In this document: one piece after another, positions 11,501-24,526 of the stretch | How positions within the stretch are numbered: the first letter of the stretch is position 1 | How the letters are laid out: the number at the start of each line of letters is the position of its first letter | From: Paraphysomonas bandaiensis | Lineage: Eukaryota; Protista; Chrysophyceae | Length of the DNA: 64,000 nucleotides | NCBI GenBank assembly: GCA_965644295.1 | Contig: CBFFRP010000454.1 | Coordinates: 1 to 64,000, forward strand | Direction of reading: 5' to 3' | Made by a program: the position numbers and the translations under genes | Notes under the pieces: model-generated | What the model was told of the DNA's origin: nothing | What the model saw: only the letters and a program-made list of their open reading frames with translations | Databases searched by the model: none

Positions 11501-14500
11501 TTATGCTACTCCCAGCTCTGTGACTCCAGTTTCACGAATGGCTAGCAATACTTTCTCTCGCAATGTATCCTTTGAAGTGTACTTGGGCATTATCAGCATA
11601 TGGAAACAGGTGTGTGAAGATGGGAGTGTATTTACTGTCGTAGACCCCATAACCAGAGTAAACGGAGGCGACAAACCACTGAACCCATTGTACGGAAGAG
11701 AAGTGGTGCCAGTAGAAAAGCAAAGCAACCGGCGCCTATCAACATCATCCATTTCCTGCACAACTTCCCAAAACATTTCGACCGTCGGATCATCGTCAGC
11801 AGCATTACGTTTATAATCTGTGTGTGCACGCCATTCGGAAGTGTCGATGGAACTTCTGTTTCCTTCAATCAATAGCTGAAGCGACACATCAGTAAAATGA
11901 TTGAAGCACTCTCTTGGGCAGAAACTTTGAACCCCAAGTACGAAATGTCTAATCAAATTAGTATTATCATCCATGCAGCATAGGTAGTACTTTACGACTG
12001 CTCGTAAAAAATCCACGCGATTGTGAATTGTTACAGATTTTGACCCACCATTAGGAACAAGAGCAAATTGCGAGTGATCTTTTCTCATAACAGTGAAGTC
12101 CAGACATGACGTGTCCAATGTTTCAGCGTCCATCATACATATACTACTCATTGACACCGCTACCTGAGGACTAATTATAGAGAGGTCTGACATTCCCACT
12201 CTGTGCCCAAGGAGAACGCGATATACAGTAATTGGGAAGTTAATAGGTAACGTTCCACCAACAGTTGACTTCACAAGACAAAGTCCTACCAATCTTCCAA
12301 GACCAGCATACATATTCTTGGCGCGTTGACGTAAATCCGCATCCTCTGAGCTACAGACGTCAGGGTCGAAATATATCAAGCCAGTGTCATCATCTTTGCG
12401 TAGGAGCACACTTTCCGGTGAGGCGTTAATCTCAGCTGCAGCTTCAGATAGAACAGATCGAGTGACACCATTTACATCAATTCCCATTTCACCCTCTATG
12501 GAGAATCGGATGTGGGACCTCTTTAGGTCTGAATGACTGTAAGACATCAGCTTCGTGATAACATCGTTCACCAAGTTTGTTTTCTTCGGGAGACTTATAA
12601 CCAACGGTTTGAGATTCGTACAAGCCTGTGAGGTCATACGATCACGAAATACCTCCAGAAGGACTTCGTCGCTAAGTGAGGGAGGGGGGCCCAATCTGAC
12701 AAAATCATTGAACGGCTGAAAGGACGTAGTTTTAATAAGTTGGGTGGTCTGATCTTTCGCGAGTTGAAATCGATCAAATTCCTTTGCACTGTATTCGTCA
12801 AAAATTCCCTCGCTCTCGCCGTCCGATTTTTGCTCATCTGCCTCCAAAAGAGTGGCAGTGGTTTGATTTTTAAGGATTATTTTCTTCAATACCATATCGT
12901 CCAGATCCATCCGTTTTTCCTCCAAGGCTTCCCTCACGCTTCTTTGCACTACCTCAGGTTCATGTCCCCGTACTATCCATTGCCGTACCAATGCATTAAG
13001 ACTAAGTAGTATCTCTGTACCAAGAAATTGTACATCCATGCGGCAGACAGTTACAGGTGTTCCCATCAATTGGCCAATATCTTGTCGAATATACCACAGC
13101 GCGAGAAGAGTGAGTATATTTTCCATTCCAGAATAATTTTCGAGAGCTGTTTTAAGATTCGACGGAATTTTATCCTTATCTCCGATCAGTTTGGACAAGT
13201 CTTTCATGCGATCCCGAAGCACATGATCAAACACAGCGTACGTTTCGCTGTCTATCTGCAAAATACAGGCAACATGTCGGAGCTGATAAATGAACGTGCC
13301 TGAAAGTGCAGTTGTTTCTGCACGAGAGATTCCTTCATTCTGAGTCTGTTGCTCCTCAGCTGCGGCCTCGTCTTCGAGGTACATGACTAAACTTTCTCTA
13401 AGCGATTCGCTAGTTAGTGGGGATAAGTTGTAGAGCAGTGATGTCGCTGCAGCGCTCAGTGAGCCAGCAACAGAGAGAACTTCACTCCCTGCAACAGCAC
13501 TGCTACGGCGGAGATCTTCTATAACTTCCTTGGGAACAAAGCGGAGTGCAAGAGCCTGTGTTGTGTCTGGATCTCCAGCAAGATTCTGTACCATACCAAA
13601 GAGCAACCCCCGCAACCGGTCAAAACTGAGGCTATCCTCCGTACTAGTAAAGTGAATCATATCAGATGGAACATCAAGACGCCGCGAGTATGCCTCACGC
13701 AAACTGTCATATCGACCAGGAGTGCTCAGCTCATCTTGTATTCTGTCACATTGATTGACAACTACGATAAACGGTTTAAGGTTAGACTTTGCTACATTAA
13801 TAATGTCCTTTTCATTATCTAAACTTTCTCCTGCTTTAAGTACCACAACAAACAATGACGATAGCTCAGCAGTACATTGCGTGATCGCTCCACCACTAGA
13901 TTTATCGCTACACATTGTGTGACCGGGAAAATCTACGGCATACACTTGCAGCATATCACGGCTATCACCTTCTAGCCATTCCTCAAATGGTGCGCTAATG
14001 GAGGCAGCATAATCTACCCACGACCCAACAACATGTGCGAGTGGCTCGGTTGTTCGTGTTACAGCATCAGGGTGTGTATCTACACCAAAAAGGCGATGGA
14101 TAACAGTAGACTTTCCTGAATTTTGAGAACCAATAAACCCTATCATGAGATTGTTTTCCAGTATGCGTCGTATGCTGCATATCCTACCAACGTAGCAGAG
14201 TTTCTTTATGATAATGCGTTCCTGTCTCGTATATTTATCAAGTTTTACTGCGGCAGGAAGTGGGTTAGTAGCCTTTGCTGCAGCTCGGATCCTCTTCTCC
14301 ACATCATCCGGGTCTGCAGACTGTAACTTACACCCTCGGTAAATGCTTTCGAAGACCTCCACCACACTCTCCTCCAGAGGTGCAATTTCATCCACAATTT
14401 CCTCGGGATGTTGTCCCATGTTGGATAGAAGAGTCTTAAGCACCACACGGTAATTAGATGATTGGTGATCCTGCATTGCGTAGACGCCGGCAGCTTTGAG

Positions 14501-16398
14501 CGTTTTTCCGATGTTCAATACCACTAAACCTGGAAGGCTGAGGAGCCCGACAGCGCCTAAGTACACACCAGCTCCAACCCCAACTCGCGGCTCCTGCTGT
14601 CGCTCTGCTCTACGCCTATTACTTCGTGCAACAGCTAAGGCAGCAGGAGCAGAAAGGATCACTGACGGTAGAGTCAATAATATACCAGCAGCAGTCAGAA
14701 TAGATCCGCCTACTCTGCTAACTCCACCTGTTATGAAACATTACGCCACTGGCAGGGATCGTACTTACACCGCTCACCTAATGCCGTGCGGGCACCGAAA
14801 CGGAATACATTCTCCTCAGTATGAAGTTCTGTGACTGCTTCTGCGATCATTTCTATTCTCTCTTGGCAACGGTTGCGCAGTAAATGTACATCACACTGTC
14901 TAGCGACGTGTTGCCGCATGCAGGGCTCCAGCACAGTTTCAGCACCGAGTAACCGCTCTACACTCAAGAGGAGCTGCCACAAGTCATTCATACCAGGGTA
15001 CCTTGTTCGAAGAGCTTCTATATTTCCACACTCACGGCTACAAACAGCCACACGCATCAATGCACCAGTGATAAACTCACCATTCATGGTGGGATGCAGT
15101 GCGCGTACCAGTGGGCCGTCAGCAGGTTTAGATGTGCACGGTGTAGCAGAGAGAGTGTTACTATCTCCGAAATCTGACCGTACTCCTATTGTTATACGAC
15201 CCGGAATACGAATTCCTGAAATATCGACTGTGGCTCTCCGGTCGGAACAAGTAACGAGTAAGATTCGGGCAGTTGAATCCACTTCTATATCCCCATGTGA
15301 TACAAAAAATGGCATTCCTTCATCTCCAATTTTCACCGGGACTTCTTTTGTCATTCCACGCAGTAGTACGGCATCTAAGTTTTTTCCTATGAAGTTGAAA
15401 GTTGTGCGAAACGGATGATTTACAATGCGCACGGATGTAATTATTGGTGATAGTTGAAGGCCGTGTTTCTCCTCACTCTTCTTACATCCTTGTCCCAATT
15501 CCTTGTTATCCAACATTTTGAAGCCAATCTGGAGCTGGGTCAGCTGCTGCAGTGCGTTACAGATTTGTTGTCCACTGCGCAATTCTGAAACACTTCCGTC
15601 AGTGTTGGTTAACTTGTATATTCCAATGGGAAGTATCCCCGCACAGGCAATATCTGAATGATTCGAGAGTTCCAGCTCGATTGCTTCAATGCGAGCGAAG
15701 TCTATGGATATATCTTTTCCATCAGAAGAGTGGATTTCAGGTATACGCTTTACTTCGCGTATGAGAGATTCATGAACGCTACTCCATGACGGAAACTCAT
15801 TTCGACTTAAAAAACTAAACTGTTGGAAGTCCAATAGAAGGCGATCCTCAAATCCTCTGCAAACAGTGATATGTCTATCTTCCAAGTTTTTTTCAGCTAA
15901 TTGATTATGGACCATTGGTGACGCACAGAGCGGTCCCGATATTGAAATGCACGTGACTGGAATATCATCGCCCCACTCTTGTCGCAGCAATAGTCCTGTA
16001 ATGTGTGCCACTGCACCAGACCAACCCTGGCCAACTACTAGAATACGATTGACATCTCGTCTGCGCATCACTCGTTTAACAATTCCCACAGGAAGCAGTC
16101 GAGCTAATAGGAAGAATTGGCCACATACCATACCAGTATCAGGGATCACCACAGGCGCCTGTACGCCCCATGCCATCTCAGAGAGTCCACTGTGATCCAA
16201 GGCAATCCCGAGGGTCCTTCCAATGACTGTGAGAGAGTATGTATAGTCTGCATGAGGGGAGGAACAAACAAATAGATTTATATCTGATAATCCTTTAAAA
16301 CAACTCTTTGTGGCCTCATTACGGTGATCGGGATTAACTGAAAGGACCTCAAGCAATCTCTCTGCTAGGGTGATATCGTTAATCTCTTCTCTTGTCAT
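11501..16398 (-). CDS. ~1615-aa fusion: degenerate class-3 lipase-like domain + Ig/IPT-like segment + hydrophobic hairpin + P-loop GTPase + C-terminal HECT E3 ubiquitin ligase
   Basis: A single 50-nt intron (14728-14777, GTGAG...CAG) joins the 582- and 1058-aa ORFs in frame. Motifs: ILVVGQGWSGAVA (lipase elbow-like); GSQNSGKST, DFPG, NQCD (G1/G3/G4); GEMGIDVNGVTR, FWEVV, LLCFSTG and LPSSHTCFHMLIMPKY (HECT with catalytic Cys). Confidence 0.88.
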
Positions 16399-17288
16399 GG
16401 ATACAGTGATATGGTTATATACGCATATTAATAGTACTAATAATGAGAAGTAGACATACACATATAGAAATCTATTCACATATTCAATACCATCACTTCG
16501 ATTTCTTATGTATGAAAATCCTCGTTAACATCTCACTTCATTTGCATACCAAGATATCACTTCATTCCCACAGAACACACGTCACTTCTTCAACCACACA
16601 CTTCTCTTTTGGAGGTCTAAAATCCACTATTTTTTATAAAATATGTTTTAAAATCTAGAGTTTTTTGTTGTGTTACAGAGAAAAATAGAAATATAAGAGA
16701 AACTCGTAAAGTATAGAAATATCCGCAGGACTGGAGAGCGACGTCTGGTATACGATAGCATAAGGAAGAGTTATGGTAAGATATTAAGGAAAGCCTACGA
16801 AATCGAGACTATGATAACTAAGATGTTGAGCTGGTAGATGCATTGTATATGTGTACTGCCTGCCATATGACAGCTACAACCTACAACTGTCCTGCATGTA
16901 CAGCTATAGTTGACAACGTACTCGTAGAGTATAGCACAGCGGTAAAGAAGTACATGGTATACAGCAGTACTATATACAGTACGTGTATGATAGACATGTA
17001 CATAGCACGTACCTGCGTGTATATACAGGTGAGTACATATGTACAGCAGTACTGTATATGCTGTCTCGATGTGTACATATACTATACGGCACAGCAATCT
17101 GTACATAGAGCGGTACATAAGAGACTGCACATAGCATCGTATCCCCCACAGAATCAGAGATAGAGCTAGATCTCTCCATCTACCACCATAACAATGACTG
17201 TTACCTATCATCACAATATCTTAGTGACCTATCTGCTGCTGTAGACACCTCTGAGCATCTGTATATATCTGTATATCTGTATATAGAC

Positions 17289-20200
17289 ATGACCACACCT
17301 CATGAGCTCAAAGATGAGATAGCTGATGCTATGAGAGAGCTACAAGAGCTCAGACAGGGCACAAGAGAGATACTTGACTCTCCCCGTAAGAAGAGACCAT
17401 CGAGAGGGTCCAGTAAACAGTCATCATGGGCTAAAAGTACCTCAAAGAGGATATCTGTGCCATGGACTGCACCTCATAGCAATGAGAATGATAGGGACGG
17501 TCCACACAGTCATGATCAAGAGAAAGGAAAGGAGACATCCTCAAGAACCACCGATAGGAAAGTAAGTAAGGGGTTTACTATATCGAAAGCGCCTAGAAAA
17601 ACTGTAGAGGAAACCAATAATCTGGATTTGCCTTTCTATGACGTGAAAGTGGAAGCCAGTGCGTCTCATAAGCGCCCTCGTTCGGCTGTTATAATGAAGC
17701 CCGCTCCTGTTCCCACTACACGCCCCGTTGCTGACGAGGCACAAGAGACGATTCTTAATCCTGCGGCGGTAGTCACAAGGGAGTCGCATGCATACAGTTT
17801 TAGCAAGGCGAAGCGAGAGACCACAACGGCAACTTCTGCTCCAGCTGAAAATAATAGTGCCCCCCATGCTGTACTAGACATTACGAAAGGCGAGAAACTT
17901 ATACGAGAGAGGCCAATAGGAGGGGTGTTTCTAAAAGAGGCCCGTCCTTTCCAGAAGTCGATTAAAGCAGAAAGTAGTGCAGAAAATGTTACTCCGGTGC
18001 ATACAACGGCTTCTAGTGACGTAAGGAAGGACATAGATATACTGTCTACTAGAGTAACTGCCCCGGCCGTAAAAATTGCGCCCAAGCCAACAACGCAACC
18101 GTTGAGGCGGGCTAAGATGGATCATTCGGACTATGGTACTCCTGGCCCAGGGGCATATACCGACAGCATATTGAAGGTGTACTCGGTATCCGGAGCAGTT
18201 AACAGCACCAATAGTATTGCGGCAAAGAGAGGCCGGTTTAGTACCCCAACTTCGACTAGAGCAAGAGTCAATAAACGATTGAGACAGGGTACAGCACCTG
18301 GCCCAGGCGACTATGACACTGACAGGGCCATTTCGGCCACTCGTCAGACTGTCCCTGGATTTTCTAATGTGTTCCGCCCTGAGTCAGATAGTAAGAACAC
18401 CCCTCAGCTTCAAAAGAAGAAATACTGGGAGGAAAAGGCACGTGATGTGAGGGAAGAGTACGACCTACCTGATGATAGGGTGCTGGCGAAGCGTGAGAAG
18501 GTTCGCACTGTCAAAATGCGCCCGGAAAAGAAAGAAGGGGTAGATTTCCGAAATCGAGAGATCATGCGCAAAATTCAGGCTGAAAAACATAGGGAGGCTT
18601 CTATTGGGGCTGGGACATATGATAAGAAGTATGACGCAGTGGAGACGCGACCGCATGCGCCTGTAAGAATGGATCAGCAGGTAAAGGCAGCAGAAAAGAC
18701 TAAGAGCATGCTGGAGAAGGCAGGGATCATCCCTGCATCTTCCCGGCGGAAGATGGAAGAGGCCGCAAGAGACAAATTTCTTGGGCCGCAGCTTCCGGTG
18801 CCATGGGGGGATGAACTCGTGCCTCCGAAACGAGAAGCCTGGAAAGAACAGGAGGAGGGTTATGAGAGTCCGACTGAGGAGGTGATGGAGCTGCTTGCAC
18901 GACGGAGAGGCGAGACTGGAAGTGGGGCATCTAAACCCTCGGAACCGGACACGACAGAGGCATTTTTGCGGTCATCTTTTTCTGGTGGACTCCATCGGAA
19001 GCCAGCCGCAGTGGCGATGCATAAGCGTTCTCGTAACGATGCACGGCGACTGGTTGATAGAGAACTTACCGTCGAGGAGCGGGAGCGAGATTATCTACCA
19101 ACACAGCTTCACAGCGAGTGGGGCACAGGTACTGAGACGGATCATAGGGCACTGCAGATGGACCTCAATCACGGTAGGCACACTGTAAAAGTGCTTTCAA
19201 AAGGGATTGTTGACCGGGTTTCGTTTAACGATCCTGTTCGACCGAGTACTAGTGGACTTGGACCTGGTGTATATGACATGGATGTGGGGAAGAGGATAGG
19301 CGAGGGTGTTGCAGGTGTGGATTTTAAAAAGTATACGGGCCGGGAGGACGTTGTAGGACCGAAAGGGGAGAGACCGACTGCGGCTAGAGATGGGTTTGAT
19401 GTTGATGAGAATGGTTTTAGACTCAGAGATGAAGTGATTGTGGATGCCCCGAGGGCGAAAGAGGCACTACAGAAGAGGCCTCAGGTGGCTAAGTTATACG
19501 CTCAGGTATGTCACAAACTTGTCTATTAGATAGTGCCCGATGGGTTCGCTCACGTTGATGCCATGATGTCATTAGCCAGCCCGCGAATGAATTGATTGTT
19601 TTAAGTTTTATATCTATGTAGGAACGGCATGAGGTGCCAAAGGATCTTGATGAAGGGCAGCGTCATCTCGGGGGCTCCTGGTTTGAGGGCATGGCCGAAG
19701 ATGTTGCGAAGAAACCTGCTTACGTCAAATACGATGCTATGGTCGGGCGCGAGGGTGATGATGAAAAGGGTCTTGATGATTTAGGATCGCTCATAGATCA
19801 AGGACGAGAAGGGGATGCCGTCCAAGTTGATGTTCGCGACTGGAAGCCTCACAAGGAACGTGTCATCTCAGCACCACAATGGGCGGACCCCTTACGAGAC
19901 CCTCGATTCGATAAGACCAAGGAAGAAGAAAAGAGTTCAGATGCACCCCCCTCCCCCGAGCCCAACTATTCCTATGGCAAACCACGGGATGGTGTGGGAT
20001 TTTTGGATTTTAGTCGACAAGGAGGGCGTTGGGATGATATCAAAGATCAGGAAGTTCTCATGGAGGAAGAGGGGTATGGGAGGCCGGACGTGTGTAAGGT
20101 ACTCGATAATGCGCTCGACGAGGATGTATCAAAAGTTCGTGCTGAAGAAAAGCAGAGTAGTAGAAAGCGGACAGTCACTTATGTCGATATGGATCGACAA

Positions 20201-22393
20201 GGCAAGAGGGAACTAAAACCTGTGAAGAGTGCAGCTCCGGATGTTGTATACGAGATCAAAGAGGACAAAAGGGAAAAGGGAGTGATGGACTGGAAAAAGG
20301 ATCACGGGAGAGATTTGAAAATTATCACCAAAGAAAAACTCCAGGCAAATGCAGACGAAAGATTGAGTGATGACGAAGAGGTTATTGTGTCCCCTCATCA
20401 TGATGTTAAAAGCAGGTCTGTGTATCGCGTACGCAACCACTGAGGCTGGTGTAGTCGCATATATATATACCTGTCCCTCTTACATGTACTTTGTATAGTT
20501 CAAGACGCACTGTATCAGCTCCTGCGTGGTCTGCTAACAAGAAGCCCATCCGTCCTGATCCTCCTGAACCACTTGGTAACCAACTAGAGTATAATTTTGA
20601 TCCAGGTGAGACTGAAGATAAATGTGTGTAATAACTTTTATATCCACACGTTTGAACCAGACTATGGGAAACCGGGGCGGAACAAGGACACGGGGGGTGT
20701 TGGGATGGCTCTGCAAAGTGGGCGAGAGGACGATGCCCCGCTGCGTGAACTAGTGGACGGTCTTGATGAGGAAGAGCTGGATATCGAGCCCGACTACAGA
20801 CTACTTAAGAGCGGAAAAGGCGATGGGGCGGCGAGAGGAGGAGTTCCCTGGGGGAAAAGTGGGTCACTGCCGCCAAGGGTGGCGGAGAAGCTGGCGCCTT
20901 CCGACGACCCACCGGAGGGAGGAGTATTGATTCTGGACCCAGGAGAGGAGGACTGGAACAAAGTGGGTAAAAAAGGCCTTGGGCTTGGCGGCAGAGCAGG
21001 ACAGGACTCCACACGTCCGGGTGCGGCAGATGCACTTCAGGAGCTAGATCGTGAACGAGAGGAACTGCGGATTAGTCCGGTGCATATTAGGGAGGGGAAG
21101 AACACACAGAGTGCTTGGAGAAAGGAGAGCGATGCTGCTGTTCAGTCAAATCCGGAGGTACTGAAGGAATATAGAAATGAAGAACTGGTCCTCTCTCCAC
21201 GTCAGGATAGAGGATTGAAGCCGAACACCCAACCGTCATGGAACAAGCAAAAATATGAATCTAATGATAATTTTGCAGCTAAATCTCTTACAAAAGACGC
21301 GGAGGAGTTGATTCTCTCACCAAAAGAGCCACAGCCGGATAAGCGACGCACCGCCGCGGCTTCCTGGAAAAAACAGTCGTCAGCCGATGTGGATGCGACG
21401 TTAAGCGATATTGGAAAACCTGAAGTTCTAATTTTGTCACCTAAGAAGCCTGCTGGTGACAAAAAGATGCGAGCTCCATCTTGGAATAAGGAGCATGACT
21501 CTACATTTGACGGAAAGGAAGAATACATTGGGGATAAGGAAGAGCTTAAACTGTCGCCAAGAGATGTTGGGACCCGACGGACCACCCCACATCTCTCTTG
21601 GGATAAACAGACGGCTCCTGAACAATCTGCTGAGCTATCTGAGTTCCAGGAGGAGGAACTCATACTGTCTCCTAAGGAGGTACGAGGTACAGGTAACAGG
21701 TACACTGTTGCCTGGAACGATGGTACCGCACCAAGCCCTTCGATTCCTGAAGAAGAATTGAAGTTATCTCCGCGTGAAGCCAGAGATAGGAAGGCAGGAG
21801 GAGTATGGCAAAAGAGCCACAAAGAACGAGAAAATGGCTCTTCTCAGAGACTGAATCCTTCGATGAAGTCTCATAATGAGAAAAGTTCCCGATCACTGAA
21901 GAAGATGTCAGTGACATGGCAAGACCAAACAAACGCTGGAAGCTCTGATCATCTTAAAAGTAATTCTTCGGATAGTAAGACTGGCACAAGAGTAGCGAAG
22001 ACTGGGTCATCCAGTTCATCTACATTGTCCTTAAAGAAGACTGAGTCAACCTCTTCATCTGAAAGGATTTCCAAAAAGGGTAGCAACACCAAAGTATCTA
22101 CAACTTCGAAAGGGTCTGTTAAAGCAAAATCGAAGGACAATGACAGGGGAAATGTACTCTCTGGTAAGAAGAAGACTAATTCACAAAACAGCGAAAAGAG
22201 GCGCAAAGTATCGAAGTCGAAGAGTAGGGAACAGAATCAGGAGTCTGCTCCTGCTCCAACTCCCCCATCAATATCTGTGCCGACACCTACAAGGGCAGAA
22301 CCTGTAGGATTCAGTACTTTGGGACGAAATAGGAGTGATAATGAGGCCCTTGATTTGTTAGATAAACAACTCGAGGAGTTAGAATTGAAGTAA
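17289..22393 (+). CDS. Large SHIPPO/STPG-repeat (PGPGxY) protein, probable ciliary microtubule-associated protein (4 exons)
   Basis: TPGPGAY, APGPGDY, IGAGTY and LGPGVY motifs. Introns at ~19507-19621, ~20416-20498 and ~20606-20659 link the 746-, 269- and 598-aa ORFs in frame. Confidence 0.75.
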
Positions 22394-22649
22394 AATAGAA
22401 CAGCCATGTGTATATATGTATTCTGTGGCACCTGTCTTATATATTATAATGTTACTATATTTCGTGAACTAGTACACGTTTGTTTTATATGTGTAGTTGG
22501 ATTTGATTTGTCGTTTATTTAGCACCCAGTAAATCGGTTGTTGCAGCCTGCACAGCTTGATATTATTGTCATATAGCAGCTTGGTAGTCCTTGCTTGAAC
22601 TTATGCCATGATTTAATAACATAGCTATATATTTTCGTTATTCACTGCA

Positions 22650-22770
22650 GTAAATGTCTTATTATTAGCAATAGGCGTGTAAGAGTCAGAACTAATGTAG
22701 CAAAACAATTCAACTTACTAGTGCTTAACTCTGATATTCTACTATTTAGCGCAAAGTAAGCTGCTTGTGC
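22650..22770 (+). repeat. Dispersed repeat, copy B (related to 2096-2197)
   Basis: Visible blocks of identity with copy A. Confidence 0.7.
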
Positions 22771-23993
22771 TAACAGAAGTTGACATTATTTACTAAGGTT
22801 TACTATTCTCAACTGATAAGATGAAAATTATAAACATTACATGATAAAGAACCTAAGTTGTGTTCGATGTGTTCAACACCATTCATTTACTACTATAGTG
22901 TACAAACCACACACTCAGTGATCGTATCCTGTATAGTCATCCACTTCTACTTCAGTTTCATACTACATAATATAATGTACTAATTACATATATATCTTTC
23001 GATCCTTGCATCTCACATAATACTGCACTCAATTGCAAGTATATAGAATCTTCAGATCTCAACATGTGCGTCACCGCAAGAACCAAGGTGCAACCAAAAA
23101 AAATTATTCGCTGTTTTCGCGACAAAAGCGAATGAAAGTTTGCACTGTAGAAACAGTAATGACGCATGAGGGAAGAAATACTTACACAGCTAATGTTGTC
23201 ACTTCGTCAGTATTGCTCAATGTGACAACTCTATGTGTTGACTTAAACCTATACTACTATTAGGTATATAGTAGTATCAGCAAATGCTTTATAACTTGTA
23301 GCTAGCTTTAATGCTACTTCTACTATTCTATGACCCTTGTGCTTGCAACTTATGGTGACGTAGAGGCATCTTGTGGAACTACTACCACGAATTACCGACC
23401 AACTTTTTCATACTGTCTTAAAACTTAACTTCTCATAAGAAGGTATAAATTTGGTGATTTTGTTAGTTTTTCTTGGAGGCTCCAGCTGATGACAGAGCGA
23501 ACACGGCAGTGGATATATTTCGTGTATAGAGTTATGGATGACTTGTACTGTTGGAGTTAGTAGTACGTTCGGCTGTATCTACTTACTACAAAGGGATTAG
23601 GAGCAAATAATAAAATTCAATGTTCTGGAGTTTCAGGAGTATCAATAAATCCATACATAGTATTATGTGCAAAATGCATTTACAAATGCGATACATTCTC
23701 TGATGTGTAAGTGACAGGCATATTGTGCTCTATACTATTCCGCAAGGCTACGAAACAATATATTGCTATACTATTGTTAGATATCATTCAATCAATAATA
23801 TTGTATTGCTTTTATAACCGGCCACAATAATATTGCAATATACTAGTATCCAATATCACTAATCAGCAATTAAATACATGCGCATATTCCTTTTTTAATA
23901 TGAGTGATAAATATCACCTGATAACCAAACCCACTGCACTGACAAGCAAAGAGACTACCAACTGCTTAGCTAACCACAATTTTCCTCATACTT

Positions 23994-24526
23994 CATCGGT
24001 GGAACAAATTCGGTACCTAATAGGTATCCACTTATGGGTAGGTACCTAGCTGTCATCACCTATATAGGTATACCTAGCTACCTTGTCTATAGATGATAAA
24101 GAAAGGTATCTACCTATTGGTACCTCAAGTTTTACCTATATGTTTTTAATTATTTACTACTTTGCAATATATATATTATATTATGTTTATTATTAAAATT
24201 ATAGTACCTATGGGTAGTTTTGGTATTATATTTTTAGGTAGTACCTATAGGTAGTATTGATACATGTAGGTGATACCTATGGGTATATTTTAATATAATT
24301 AGGGATAACTATCAGTTGGAAATTCAGTAGTCATTGGTACCACCTATAGGGAGATTATTAGGTACGTGTAGTAGGGTGTACTTTTAGGTAGCTATAGGTG
24401 GCACCACCTACAGCTCGTAAACTTACCTACAGGTAGACAGAGGTACCTAATAGATACCGCCGATTTTAATTACAAACGTATCTTTAGGTACTCACCTATA
24501 GGTACTCAGCTCGAGTCCCACCAATG
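23994..24526. mobile_element. Non-autonomous MITE (hAT-like), ~530 bp, with many internal ACCTATAGGT-type palindromes
   Basis: Imperfect terminal inverted repeats CATCGGTGGAAC...GTACCTAATAGGT and ACCTATAGGTAC...GTCCCACCAATG. The 8-bp flanks TCATACTT and TCATCCTC match at 6 of 8 positions. Confidence 0.7.

Noticed and set aside
23994-24526. Reiterated palindromes as a possible CRISPR-like array
   Set aside because: The motifs are ~10 bp, degenerate and irregularly spaced, lie inside TIRs, and the context is eukaryotic with no cas genes.
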